DNA of 64,000 nt from Bacteroidales bacterium (GTDB lineage: Bacteria > Bacteroidota > Bacteroidia > Bacteroidales > UBA932). The first letter of the stretch is position 1, and each line of letters begins with the position of its first letter. The translations under genes and the position numbers were made by a program. Below the pieces are notes generated by a model. It was not told the DNA's origin, made no database searches, and saw only the letters and a program-made list of their open reading frames with translations. The stretch is taken from the NCBI GenBank assembly GCA_017428035.1, contig JAFRRR010000132.1, forward strand, positions 1,535-65,534, read 5' to 3'. Shown piece after piece: positions 53,088 to 62,765 of this stretch.

Positions 53088-54364
53088 TGAAGTTCTACAG
53101 CACAAGGGATACATCCAAGAAGCTTTTCCCGTTGGATCAGGCCGCCTTTCTGGGGCTGGCGCCCGACGGCGGTCTCTTTGTCCCGGAGCGCATCCCCAAG
53201 GTTGACCTGGAGCGGGTAAAGGAACTCGCAGGGCGCTCTTACGCCGATATGGCGGGCTATCTTGCAGGTGTCATCTTTGACGATGTCCCGGCCGATGTGA
53301 TAGACGAAGTGGTGCGCAAGGCCTACGACTTTGACATCCGTTTCCACAAGTTCGATTCCCGCAAATCTGCACTGGAGCTTTTCCACGGCCCCACCTTCGC
53401 CTTCAAGGATTTCGGCGCGAGGTTTATGGGGCAGATGACCGGCAAACTCAATACCACCGACGGCCTCACGATTCTCACCGCCACCAGCGGCGACACCGGC
53501 AGTGCGGTGGCCGGCGGTTTCTACAACGTCCCCGGCGTGGACGTGGTGATTCTCTATCCCGACGGAAAGGTCTCTCCGCTGCAGGAGGCTCAGATGACCA
53601 CCCTGGGCGGCAACATCCACCCGCTGCGCGTGCGCGGCAATTTTGATGATTGCCAGCGCCTGGTGAAGACGATGTTTTCCGACACTGACCTTCGCGGCCG
53701 CAAGCGCATCACCAGTGCCAATTCCATAAATCTGCTGCGCTGGATTCCGCAGAGCTTCTACTATTTCTGGGCTTATGCAATATGGAGCCAGACCCATTGC
53801 GGCGCTGCTGACGTGGTTGTGCCCAGCGGCAACTACGGCAACATCACCGCAGGTATGCTGGCGGCCCGTATGGGTATGCCGGTAAGGCGCTTTGTGGCGG
53901 CTTCCAACGCCAACGACGTGGTGCCGGAGTTCCTCCTCACCGGCGATTATCTTCCCCGCGCCTCGGTCCGCACCGTGGCCAACGCAATGGACGTGGGCGC
54001 TCCCAGCAACTATGAGCGTATGATGTGGCTCTATGGCAGCATCGGCGCCCTTCGCCGCGAAGTGGTGGGTTTCTCCGCTTCTGACCAAGAGATTCTGGCA
54101 GCCATCAGGGAGATAGAAGATAAATACGGCTATATCAGCGATCCTCACAGCGCTATCGGTTACCTCGCTGCAAAGCACTATGACATAGACGGATACTGGC
54201 TTTCTACCGCCAGCCCGGCCAAGTTTGGAGAGGTGATAGAGGCAGCCACCGGCCACTGGCCCGAAATTCCCGCCGCCCTCCGGTTCAGGATGGAGTCAGA
54301 GCGCGTCTACACTATGATGGACGCCAGCGCCGAGGACCTCAAGGATTATCTGCTGTCGCTTTAG
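53087..54364 (+). CDS. thrC: Threonine synthase
   Basis: MKFYSTRD...GLAPDGGLFVP...HGPTFAFKDFG. 1-nt overlap with the thrB stop. Confidence 0.93.
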   Translation: MKFYSTRDTSKKLFPLDQAAFLGLAPDGGLFVPERIPKVDLERVKELAGRSYADMAGYLAGVIFDDVPADVIDEVVRKAYDFDIRFHKFDSRKSALELFHGPTFAFKDFGARFMGQMTGKLNTTDGLTILTATSGDTGSAVAGGFYNVPGVDVVILYPDGKVSPLQEAQMTTLGGNIHPLRVRGNFDDCQRLVKTMFSDTDLRGRKRITSANSINLLRWIPQSFYYFWAYAIWSQTHCGAADVVVPSGNYGNITAGMLAARMGMPVRRFVAASNANDVVPEFLLTGDYLPRASVRTVANAMDVGAPSNYERMMWLYGSIGALRREVVGFSASDQEILAAIREIEDKYGYISDPHSAIGYLAAKHYDIDGYWLSTASPAKFGEVIEAATGHWPEIPAALRFRMESERVYTMMDASAEDLKDYLLSL

Positions 54365-56382
54365 AGCGGGTCTACATCGATAGTGATATCGGAAGATGGG
54401 GAGGCTGTGAGCACTTGTGCCACGGCCTCCTCAATTTTTGATTTCTGCCTTTGGGCGCTGGCTGTGCGGGGAATCTTGATCCAGATGATGCGGATGTATT
54501 TTCCTGCGATGCGGTCCACAGCCGGGGTGATGGCCTCAGAATAATCCTTCAGGCCGGCGCTGCCAAGCCTTTTTGCCACTAGACTGCAGGTGAGCCGCAG
54601 CCTTGCCTGGTCGGTATCTTTCAGCGTCAGCTGAATCATCCTGACATAGGGCGGGAAGCCGAACAGGTTGCGCTGGGATAGCAAATCGTTTGTGAAGGCG
54701 TGAAGTTTGTCTTCCGATGCCAGCGCGGCCAGCACGGGGTGGGAGGGGTCAAAGGCCTGGATCACCATCTGGCCGGTGCCTTCGCGGCGAGATACGCGGC
54801 CACGAAGCTGTGCGAGCAGCTGCAGCGCCTTTTCATCGGCCCGGAAATCCTGCAGGGAGAGTATCGAGTCGGCACTGATCACGGCCACCAGCGAGAGGTT
54901 TTCAAAGTCGAAGCCCTTGGTTATCATCTGGGTGCCCACAAGTATGTCGGTATTGCCGGCTGCAAAGTCGTTCAGGATTGTTTTCTCTGCAGTGAGGGTG
55001 GCGGCGGTTTCGGCGTCAAAACGGGCTATGCGGGCATCGGGAAATATTTCCTGCAGCTCTTCTGCCAGCCTTTCTGTGCCTGCCCCCTTGGCGGAGTAGG
55101 TTCCCTTGCCGCAGTGGTGGCACAAGGGGTCAAACCTGGCCTTCCAGCCGCAGTAGTGGCAGCTGACGGTGTCGTTGAACTTGTGGTAGGTCAGGCTCAC
55201 GTTGCACTGGGGGCAGCGCAGGGTTTCGCCGCAGGAGTCGCATTGCAAAAATGAGCTGTAGGAACGCCTGGAGCGGAAAACCATCACCTGACGGTGATTC
55301 TTGAGTTGCTCTGAGATCAGGTTTATCAGCTGCATTGAGAAAGAGCCGCGGGCGTTGTGCATAGCATACACCTTGCCCATATCTATCAGCTTGACCGGAG
55401 CGTCGCCGGCACCGAAATATTTGGTGCGCAGCTCCGCCAGTCCGTATTTGCCTTCCGAGACATTGTAGAGCGATTCCATAGAGGGGGTGGCGCTGCCCAG
55501 CAGGGTGCGCACGCCCAGCTTCGAGGCCATCATTAGCGCGGCGTCGCGGCCGTTGTAGCGGGGTGCCGGGTCGGTCTGCTTGTAAGAGCTGTCGTGCTCT
55601 TCGTCCACAATTATGAACCCAAGGTTCACTATGGGCAGGAACAGCGCGCTTCGGGTCCCCAGCACCAGATAGTTGCCCTGGCCGGAAATCAGCTTGTCAA
55701 AGACTTTCTTGCGGGCCGGGACGGTTTGCCTGGAGTGGAAAACCAGCACTTTGTCGCCCAGGGCATCGGTAAGACGCTGCTCCAGCTGGCGGGACATCGC
55801 TATTTCGGGCACCAGATAAAGCACGCTGCGTCCCTGAGCCAGATACTGCCGGGCCAGTTTTATGTAGATTTCGGTTTTGCCGCTGGAGGTTGCACCCCAG
55901 AGCAGCACTGTCTTTTTGCCTTTGCGGTAGAGCTCTTGAATGGACTCCAACGCCTTCTGCTGCTCTTGCGAGAGGGTTTTCTCTTCCTTGGCCACGGCGG
56001 CCTTCACCGGCCGGTTCACAGTGCGTTTCTTCTCGCTCTGATGGAAAAACGCGGCGGGGTAGGCGCTCTTGAAAACCTCTCCGAGGCTGCAGAGATAGTA
56101 GTCGGCAATCATCTGCCAGAGCTCTATCTGCACGGGCGGCAGCGGCTTCAGGCTGGCGATTTTTTCTATCGGGAGAATCTTGCTTTCTGCCAGAGCTTCG
56201 GGCAGGAGACAGTCCGCGCGGCGAACCACCGCCAGATAGCGCCTGCCAACCAGGGTCACCACAACCCAGCTGCCCGTCTCAACGGGGTCGGTAATATCCT
56301 CAGGGACATAGTAATAAGTGATTCCGCCGCAGAATTTCAGCGGCACTATCACCTCTACGTATCGTCGGTTCTCCTGAGACAT
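54361..56382 (-). CDS. priA: Primosomal protein N' (replication restart helicase PriA)
   Basis: 673 aa. GATSSGKTE, DEEHDSSYKQ, and the Cys-rich zinc region CDSCGETLRCPQCNVSLTYH...CHYCG...CHHCG. Confidence 0.93.
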   Translation of the reverse strand: MSQENRRYVEVIVPLKFCGGITYYYVPEDITDPVETGSWVVVTLVGRRYLAVVRRADCLLPEALAESKILPIEKIASLKPLPPVQIELWQMIADYYLCSLGEVFKSAYPAAFFHQSEKKRTVNRPVKAAVAKEEKTLSQEQQKALESIQELYRKGKKTVLLWGATSSGKTEIYIKLARQYLAQGRSVLYLVPEIAMSRQLEQRLTDALGDKVLVFHSRQTVPARKKVFDKLISGQGNYLVLGTRSALFLPIVNLGFIIVDEEHDSSYKQTDPAPRYNGRDAALMMASKLGVRTLLGSATPSMESLYNVSEGKYGLAELRTKYFGAGDAPVKLIDMGKVYAMHNARGSFSMQLINLISEQLKNHRQVMVFRSRRSYSSFLQCDSCGETLRCPQCNVSLTYHKFNDTVSCHYCGWKARFDPLCHHCGKGTYSAKGAGTERLAEELQEIFPDARIARFDAETAATLTAEKTILNDFAAGNTDILVGTQMITKGFDFENLSLVAVISADSILSLQDFRADEKALQLLAQLRGRVSRREGTGQMVIQAFDPSHPVLAALASEDKLHAFTNDLLSQRNLFGFPPYVRMIQLTLKDTDQARLRLTCSLVAKRLGSAGLKDYSEAITPAVDRIAGKYIRIIWIKIPRTASAQRQKSKIEEAVAQVLTASPSSDITIDVDPL

Positions 56383-56414
56383 CCTTTAAATATACAAAAA
56401 ACTCAACCAAAGTG

Positions 56415-56422
56415 CAAAAATA
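56415..56422 (-). promoter_or_regulatory. -7 box TATTTTTG (minus strand) for priA
   Basis: Plus-strand caaaaata; 32 nt upstream of ATG 56382. Confidence 0.4.
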
Positions 56423-56444
56423 ATGTTCATTGAAGAAAAATTGC

Positions 56445-56452
56445 TACCTTTG
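56445..56452 (+). promoter_or_regulatory. -7 box TACCTTTG for trxB
   Basis: 26 nt upstream of ATG 56479. Confidence 0.45.
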
Positions 56453-56478
56453 CGCACTTATAATATTGCGCGCACACG

Positions 56479-57402
56479 ATGGAAAGAGTAAAATGTCTGA
56501 TAATTGGCAGCGGCCCTGCGGGTTACACGGCTGCGATTTATGCCGGCAGAGCGGGTCTGGCACCCGTCCTGTACGAGGGCCTTCAGCCTGGCGGCCAGCT
56601 CACCACCACCACTGAAATCGAGAACTATCCCGGTTTCCCCAACGGTGTGGATGCAAACCAAATGATGGCCTCTTTCCGCGCCCAGGCACAGCGTTTTGGC
56701 TGTGACATCCGCTTTGGCTCTGTCACCAATGTAGACTTCAGCGCCAGGCCCTTCGTGCTCACCTTAGACGAGAATCAGCAGATAGAGGCCGACGCCGTGA
56801 TCATAGCCACCGGCGCTTCTGCAAAATATCTGGGTCTGGAGAGCGAGCGCAAGTTCCGCGGTATGGGCGTTTCTGCCTGCGCCACCTGCGACGGTTTCTT
56901 CTACCGCAAGAAAGACGTGGCCGTGGTGGGCGGCGGCGACACCGCCTGCGAAGAGGCCACCTATCTGGCCGGCCTTTGCCGCAAGGTCTATATGATTGTC
57001 CGCCGCGACGTGCTGCGCGCCACCGAGGCAATGCAGCAGAAGGTGCGCGAAACCGAGAATATCGAGATTCTCTGGGAAAGCCAGACCCAGGAGGTTCTGG
57101 GCGATGAAAGCGGCGTCACCGGCGCCCGTCTGGTGAAAAAGAGCGGCGAGATATTTGATATAAAAATCGACGGATTCTTCCTGGCGATTGGCCATCACCC
57201 CAACAGCGATGTCTTCAGGCAGTGGGTTGAGACCGACGCGGCAGGGTATATCGTTGTGAAAGACGGCACCAGCGCCACCAGCTGTCCCGGCGTGTTCGCC
57301 GCCGGAGATGTCTGTGACCCGCGCTACCGTCAGGCGGTTGTGGCTGCCGGAAGCGGTTGCAAGGCGGCTATGGATGCCGAAAAATATTTGAAGGAAATAT
57401 GA
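56479..57402 (+). CDS. trxB: Thioredoxin-disulfide reductase
   Basis: IIGSGPAGYTAAIYA, redox-active CATCDG, GGGDTACEEA. Confidence 0.95.
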   Translation: MERVKCLIIGSGPAGYTAAIYAGRAGLAPVLYEGLQPGGQLTTTTEIENYPGFPNGVDANQMMASFRAQAQRFGCDIRFGSVTNVDFSARPFVLTLDENQQIEADAVIIATGASAKYLGLESERKFRGMGVSACATCDGFFYRKKDVAVVGGGDTACEEATYLAGLCRKVYMIVRRDVLRATEAMQQKVRETENIEILWESQTQEVLGDESGVTGARLVKKSGEIFDIKIDGFFLAIGHHPNSDVFRQWVETDAAGYIVVKDGTSATSCPGVFAAGDVCDPRYRQAVVAAGSGCKAAMDAEKYLKEI

Positions 57403-58202
57403 AGCAAAAACTCCTGATATTCGTTCTGCTGGTTGCTGTGGCACTGGCTGCGGGCTGCTCTTCAAAATTCGAGAAGCTGCTGGAAAGCCATAACTATGGC
57501 GAGAAGTACCGCACAGCCCTCAAACTTTATGAAGATGGCAAATATACCAAGGCTGCGCAGCTGTTCGAAAACGTGGCTATGAACGCCCAGGGTACTCCCC
57601 AGGAGGACACCGTGCGCTTCTACTGGGGTATGAGCAACTATCATCTTAAGGATTTTGCCACAGCCCAGAGCAACTTTGGCGAGTTTATCCAGATATTCCC
57701 CCAGAGCCCCTTTGCCAAAGAGGCGGAGTTCTATATGATAGACTGCCTCTATCGCTCTACCTACCGCTACGAGCTTGACCAGAAGCCCACTATGGTGGCT
57801 CTGAGCTACATAAACAAGTACATCATAGAGAATCCCGGTACCGACTATGCCAAGTTCTGCAAGGTGATGAAAGACGACCTGGAAGAGCGTCTGGACAAGA
57901 AGGCTTTCGAGGGCGCCAAGCTCTACTACCATATGGAGAACTATCTCTCTGCCCACTATGCGCTGAAAAATGTTCTCAAAGAGGACGCCGACAACCAGTA
58001 CCGCGAGGATATTCTCTACTACACCGCTATGGCGGGATACAAATATGCCTTGAACAGCGTTCCCGAGAAGCAGCGTGAGCGCTATATGACCTTCATAGAC
58101 GACTATTTCAACTTTGTGAGCGAGTTCCCGCAGAGCAAATACAAGGCAGAGCTGGACGGCATCTACAAGAGGGTCAACAAAATCATCAAGAAAGAAAAAT
58201 AA
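57399..58202 (+). CDS. bamD: Outer membrane protein assembly factor BamD (TPR lipoprotein)
   Basis: Start MKQKLLIFVLLVAVALAAGC at 57399 (ATGA overlap with the trxB stop). TPR-like helices. Confidence 0.8.
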   Translation: MKQKLLIFVLLVAVALAAGCSSKFEKLLESHNYGEKYRTALKLYEDGKYTKAAQLFENVAMNAQGTPQEDTVRFYWGMSNYHLKDFATAQSNFGEFIQIFPQSPFAKEAEFYMIDCLYRSTYRYELDQKPTMVALSYINKYIIENPGTDYAKFCKVMKDDLEERLDKKAFEGAKLYYHMENYLSAHYALKNVLKEDADNQYREDILYYTAMAGYKYALNSVPEKQRERYMTFIDDYFNFVSEFPQSKYKAELDGIYKRVNKIIKKEK

Positions 58203-58215
58203 TAATTCAAGATAT

Positions 58216-58527
58216 ATGGAAATCAACAAGAACATTACCAACAACACTGTAACAAGGGATCTTTCTGAGCTCGCAGCTCCCACCGGCAACATTTATGAGT
58301 CTGTGATGATTATCGCAAAGCGCGCAAATCAGATCAGCGCCGATATCAAGCAGGAGCTCAGCCACCGTCTGGAAGAGTTCTCTTCTTACACCGACACCCT
58401 TGAGGAAATCAGCGAGAACCACGAGCAGATAGAGATTTCCCAGTATTACGAGAAGCTGCCCAAGCCCACGCTGATAGCAACAGAAGAATTCCGCGAAGGC
58501 AAGATTTTCTATCGCAAGGCAGAGTAG
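58216..58527 (+). CDS. rpoZ: DNA-directed RNA polymerase subunit omega (Bacteroidetes type)
   Basis: 103 aa. NIYESVMIIAKRANQIS resembles the RpoZ core helix. The bamD-rpoZ-recN order is conserved synteny, from memory. Confidence 0.65.
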   Translation: MEINKNITNNTVTRDLSELAAPTGNIYESVMIIAKRANQISADIKQELSHRLEEFSSYTDTLEEISENHEQIEISQYYEKLPKPTLIATEEFREGKIFYRKAE

Positions 58528-58534
58528 TCGATAG

Positions 58535-60139
58535 ATGCTTCAGCGGCTTTACATCAGCAACTACGCATTGATAGATGTTCTGGATATAAATATTCCGGAG
58601 CATCTTGTCATTATTACGGGTGACAGCGGCGCCGGCAAGTCAATATTGCTGGGAGCGCTGTCGCTGCTGCTTGGCGGCAGGTTTGACCCGGCGGCGCAGG
58701 GCGATGAGAGCCGTAACTGCATTGTTGAGGCCCAGTTCGACGACCACATCGTGCGCAGGGTGGTGACGCCGCAGCTGCGTTCAAGGGCTTTCATAGACGA
58801 TGAACCCGCCACGCTGGAGGCTCTCCGCGAGCTGGTGTCAAAGCAGATTGACATCCACTCCCAGAACAGCCAGGCGCTGCTGGGCAGCGATGCCTTCAGA
58901 CTCTCTGTGGTAGACAGTTTTGCCGGCAACGAATCCCTTCTGGCGGACTACAGGCGGGCCTATGAGAATTGGACCGCGCTGAACGCTTCCCTCAGAGACC
59001 TCCGGGCTCTCAAAGAGCAGGCAAGCCGCGAGCGGGATTATATCACCTTCCGCTACGGGCAGCTTTGCGAGGCAGCCCTCAAGAGCGGTGAACTGGAAGA
59101 GATAGAGGAAAAGCAGAAAACCCTGGCCAACGCAGAGCAGATCAAGGACACCCTGGTGCAGGCATCCGGGGCGCTCTCTATGGGCGAACAGTCTGTGGAG
59201 CAGGTACTGCGTGATGCGGGCCGCTCGCTGCAGAAGATAGCCGGCTGCTACCCGGCTGCAGAAGAGCTTGCCGGTCGAATTGAGTCCTGCAGGATAGAAA
59301 TCAAGGACATCTCCGATACCCTGGATTCTTCCCAGGAGAAGATAGACGCATCGCCCCAGGCGCTGCAGCAGGTAGAAAGCCGCATAGCGCAGCTCTATGA
59401 CCTGATGCACCGCAACGATGCCGCCAGTGTAGAGGAGCTGATTGAAAAGCGTGATGAATATGCCCGCCAGCTGCAGTCGGCCGACGACTTGGCCGGGCAG
59501 GAGGCAACTCTGGAAAAAGATCTGGCAAAGGCCGACGGAATCTGCTCCGACCTTGCAGCGCAGCTCACCGCAAAGCGAATGGCGGCCCTGGAGCCGCTGT
59601 CCGGCTATCTGCAGCAGGCCATCCGCGAGCTGGAGATACCCCAGGCGCAGTTCCGCGTGGAATGTGTTCCGGAGAAGCACCGCACCGCCCACGGGGCAGA
59701 GAATGCGGTGTTCCTGTTCTCTTCCACAGCGTCCGGCCGTGCTGCCGACCTCTCCCAGAACGCGTCCGGCGGAGAGCTTTCACGCATAATGCTTTGCATA
59801 AAATCGCTCCTGGCCCGGCACAAGGCGCTGCCCACCGTCATCTTCGACGAAATTGACACGGGCACCAGCGGCAGCCTGGCAGACAAGATGGGGCGCAAGA
59901 TAGTGGAGATAAGCAAGGATATACAGGTGATAGCCATCACCCACCTGCCGCAGGTTGCGGCCAAGGGCGATGCCCATTATCTGGTATACAAAGAATACAG
60001 CCCGGAAGGCGCAGTGTCCCGCATCCGTCCCGTGGAGGGGCAGGAGAGGGTCGGCGAGATAGCCCGGATGATAAGCGGCAGCAGCGTTACGGCAGAGGCA
60101 ATGGCGGCCGCGCAGGTACTTTTAAACGAGGCAAACTAA
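58535..60139 (+). CDS. recN: DNA repair protein RecN
   Basis: [18 protein letters not shown]...[16 protein letters not shown], long coiled-coil, C-terminal [14 protein letters not shown] and [10 protein letters not shown]. Confidence 0.93.
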   Translation: MLQRLYISNYALIDVLDINIPEHLVIITGDSGAGKSILLGALSLLLGGRFDPAAQGDESRNCIVEAQFDDHIVRRVVTPQLRSRAFIDDEPATLEALRELVSKQIDIHSQNSQALLGSDAFRLSVVDSFAGNESLLADYRRAYENWTALNASLRDLRALKEQASRERDYITFRYGQLCEAALKSGELEEIEEKQKTLANAEQIKDTLVQASGALSMGEQSVEQVLRDAGRSLQKIAGCYPAAEELAGRIESCRIEIKDISDTLDSSQEKIDASPQALQQVESRIAQLYDLMHRNDAASVEELIEKRDEYARQLQSADDLAGQEATLEKDLAKADGICSDLAAQLTAKRMAALEPLSGYLQQAIRELEIPQAQFRVECVPEKHRTAHGAENAVFLFSSTASGRAADLSQNASGGELSRIMLCIKSLLARHKALPTVIFDEIDTGTSGSLADKMGRKIVEISKDIQVIAITHLPQVAAKGDAHYLVYKEYSPEGAVSRIRPVEGQERVGEIARMISGSSVTAEAMAAAQVLLNEAN

Positions 60140-60159
60140 ATTTTAAAACCAAATACACT

Positions 60160-60969
60160 ATGAGACTGATCATCGAAGATTCTTATGGCAAGATGTCGCA
60201 GTGGGCGGCTACTTACATCGCAAACGCCATAAACAAGTTCGCCCCCACGAAAGAGAGACCTTTCGTGCTGGGTCTTCCTACCGGTTCCACCCCTCTGGGT
60301 ACCTACAAAGAACTCATTCACCTCTGCTCCGTGGGTAAGGTTTCTTTCCAGAATGTGGTTACGTTCAATATGGACGAGTATGTGGGCCTTCCCAAGGACC
60401 ACGACGAGAGCTACTACACATTTATGTGGAGCAACTTCTTCAGCCACATCGACATCCCCGAAGAGAACGTGAACATTCTTGACGGCAACGCTCCCGACCT
60501 GGTGGCAGAGTGCAACAAGTACGAAGAGAAAATCAAATCTTACGGCGGAATCAACCTGTTTATGGGCGGTATCGGCCCCGACGGCCACATCGCATTCAAC
60601 GAGCCCGGTTCTTCACTGAATTCCCGCACCCGCGTCAAGGACCTCACAACCGACACCATCATTGCCAACTCCCGTTTCTTTGGCTATGACACCACCAAGG
60701 TGCCTCAGAAGGCCCTCACAGTTGGTGTAGGCACTGTTATGGATGCAGACGAAGTGCTGATTCTGGTTAACGGCCACAACAAGGCCCGCGCCCTTCGCCA
60801 CGCAGTGGAAGAGTCCATCAACCATATGTGGACCATCTCCATCCTGCAGCTTCATCCTCACGGAATCATAGTTTGCGACGATGCAGCCACCGTAGAGCTC
60901 CGCGTCGGCACCGTGAACTACTACAAGGACATCGAGCGCGACAATCTGGATCCCGCAAATCTGGCTTAA
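60160..60969 (+). CDS. nagB: Glucosamine-6-phosphate deaminase
   Basis: MRLIIEDSY...[16 protein letters not shown]...FNMDEYVGL...[16 protein letters not shown]. Confidence 0.95.
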   Translation: MRLIIEDSYGKMSQWAATYIANAINKFAPTKERPFVLGLPTGSTPLGTYKELIHLCSVGKVSFQNVVTFNMDEYVGLPKDHDESYYTFMWSNFFSHIDIPEENVNILDGNAPDLVAECNKYEEKIKSYGGINLFMGGIGPDGHIAFNEPGSSLNSRTRVKDLTTDTIIANSRFFGYDTTKVPQKALTVGVGTVMDADEVLILVNGHNKARALRHAVEESINHMWTISILQLHPHGIIVCDDAATVELRVGTVNYYKDIERDNLDPANLA

Positions 60970-62759
60970 TGGAGCCGATAACCTCTTTGCGCGCCTGGAT
61001 GGCATCCAGGGGCTTTCAAGTGACAATCATTCCCAGCAATGATTGTCACTTTGACGAATATGTGCCCGCAAGGTTCAAGGTAAGGGAATATCTCAGCGGC
61101 TTTGACGGCAGCGCCGGTACCCTGGTGGTGACTCTCACAGAAGCGGCCCTCTGGACCGATTCCAGATATTTCCTGCAGGCGGAGCGCCAGATAAAGGGCA
61201 GGGGCATAGAGCTTATGAAGATCAAGATGCCCGGCACGCCCTCCATCCCGCAGTGGATTGAATCCTGCCGCAAGGCTTCCGGCATCGCGCCGGAGCAGTA
61301 CAAGGTGGGTGTAGACGGCGACCTTTTCAGCTACGACGACTACTTTGCCTTCTGCAAAGAGTTGGCGCCGATGCCACTGGAGACCTTTTCCGACCCGTTT
61401 GACAGCCTCTGGCCGGGCCGTCCTTCTCTGGGCGACAGCCCCATATTGCTGCACAAAGAGGAATATGCCGGGCGCAGTGTTTCCGACAAGTATCGGGACG
61501 TTGTCTCAAATCTGGGCATAGAAGGCCCTTTCTGCCTGTTTTTGAGTGCCTGCGACGAGATTATGTGGCTGCTGAACATCCGTGGCGGCGACATAGAATA
61601 CAATGCCGTGACGCTCTCATATTGTCTGCTGGACAACAAGGGCATAAAGCTGTTCTGCCGCACAAAGTGCCTTACCGGGGAAGCTTCTGATTATCTTGCT
61701 TCCCAGGGGGTTGAGGTGTTCTCCTACAGCGAGGCAGACGCCGCCCTTGAGGCAGTCCCGGCAGAGGCGGTACGCATTGTGAGCAACAACTGCTGCTCCA
61801 TAAACAAATACAAAATATTTTCCCGCGGCAAAGCCGTTATGCCCGACCCCACGGTGGGCGGGACTGTGGCTATGCTGCGCGCCTGCAAGAATCCGGTTCA
61901 GGCGCAGGGCTTCCGGCAGGCCTTTTTGCAGGACGGTGTCTGCTGGGTCAGGCTGCTCAAATACATTTATGACAATTATGGCAGCGGCTCCCTTAACGAA
62001 TACAATATCACCCGGAAGCTGCTTGAGATAAAGCGCGGCAGCGCCTACTATCTGGGCGAGAGCTTTGAGCCGATAGTGGCCTGGAACGCCAACGCCGCCA
62101 GCGCCCACTACAGCGTGACCGACGAGGCCTCCAGCGCCAGGGTGGCCGGCGGCGGCTTTTTGCTGATGGACCTGGGCAGCCACTATCCCTACGGCACCAC
62201 CGACACCACCCGCACCGTCTTCCTGGGCGAAAAAGAGCCCACGACGGCTCAGAAAGAGGACTTTACGCTGGTTCTGAAGGGTATGATAGCCCTGGCCGAG
62301 GCCATTTTCCCGGCCGGTACCCGCGGCTGCCAGCTGGACATCCTTGCCCGCGGGCCTATGTACCGCACCGGCAAGATGTACTTCCACGGCACTTCCCACG
62401 GAATAGGGCAGTGGCTGTGCGTGCACGAATCCCCGCAGATCAGGATGGAATACAACCCCATCGCGCTGCAGGAAGGGATGATTATGTCAGACGAGCCGGC
62501 CGTGTATGTAGACGGGCAGTACGGCATCCGCACAGAAAACGTGGTATTGGTGTCGCCCTTCGCCAAGAGCGACTACAACACTTTCTATCGCTTCGAGACA
62601 CTTACCCTGGTGCCGATAGACCGCCGTGCGGTGGATTTCAGTCTGCTCACAGATGCAGAGCGTGCCTGGCTGGAGGCCTACAACAAGCGCGTCTATGATG
62701 CGCTGCAAAGCCACCTCACAGACGCCGAACGCGCCTGGCTGGCAGATTATATAAAATAA
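60969..62759 (+). CDS. Aminopeptidase P family protein (M24B Xaa-Pro aminopeptidase)
   Basis: Start [16 protein letters not shown] at 60969 (TAATG overlap with nagB). Creatinase-like N-domains and M24 core (HGTSHGIG, SDEPAVY, IRTEN). Confidence 0.85.
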   Translation: MEPITSLRAWMASRGFQVTIIPSNDCHFDEYVPARFKVREYLSGFDGSAGTLVVTLTEAALWTDSRYFLQAERQIKGRGIELMKIKMPGTPSIPQWIESCRKASGIAPEQYKVGVDGDLFSYDDYFAFCKELAPMPLETFSDPFDSLWPGRPSLGDSPILLHKEEYAGRSVSDKYRDVVSNLGIEGPFCLFLSACDEIMWLLNIRGGDIEYNAVTLSYCLLDNKGIKLFCRTKCLTGEASDYLASQGVEVFSYSEADAALEAVPAEAVRIVSNNCCSINKYKIFSRGKAVMPDPTVGGTVAMLRACKNPVQAQGFRQAFLQDGVCWVRLLKYIYDNYGSGSLNEYNITRKLLEIKRGSAYYLGESFEPIVAWNANAASAHYSVTDEASSARVAGGGFLLMDLGSHYPYGTTDTTRTVFLGEKEPTTAQKEDFTLVLKGMIALAEAIFPAGTRGCQLDILARGPMYRTGKMYFHGTSHGIGQWLCVHESPQIRMEYNPIALQEGMIMSDEPAVYVDGQYGIRTENVVLVSPFAKSDYNTFYRFETLTLVPIDRRAVDFSLLTDAERAWLEAYNKRVYDALQSHLTDAERAWLADYIK

Positions 62760-62765
62760 TAGAGA

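Noticed and set aside
52083-53114. N-terminal 344 codons of the 630-aa ORF 51222..53114
   Set aside because: This part is antisense to thrB. The recognisable PurU sequence begins at MKKNTAILLIHCPD (ATG 52082), which also has a -7 box 7 nt upstream.
53069-54256. 395-aa minus-strand ORF
   Set aside because: Antisense to thrC, which has clear PLP-enzyme motifs. Its composition is typical of a shadow ORF.
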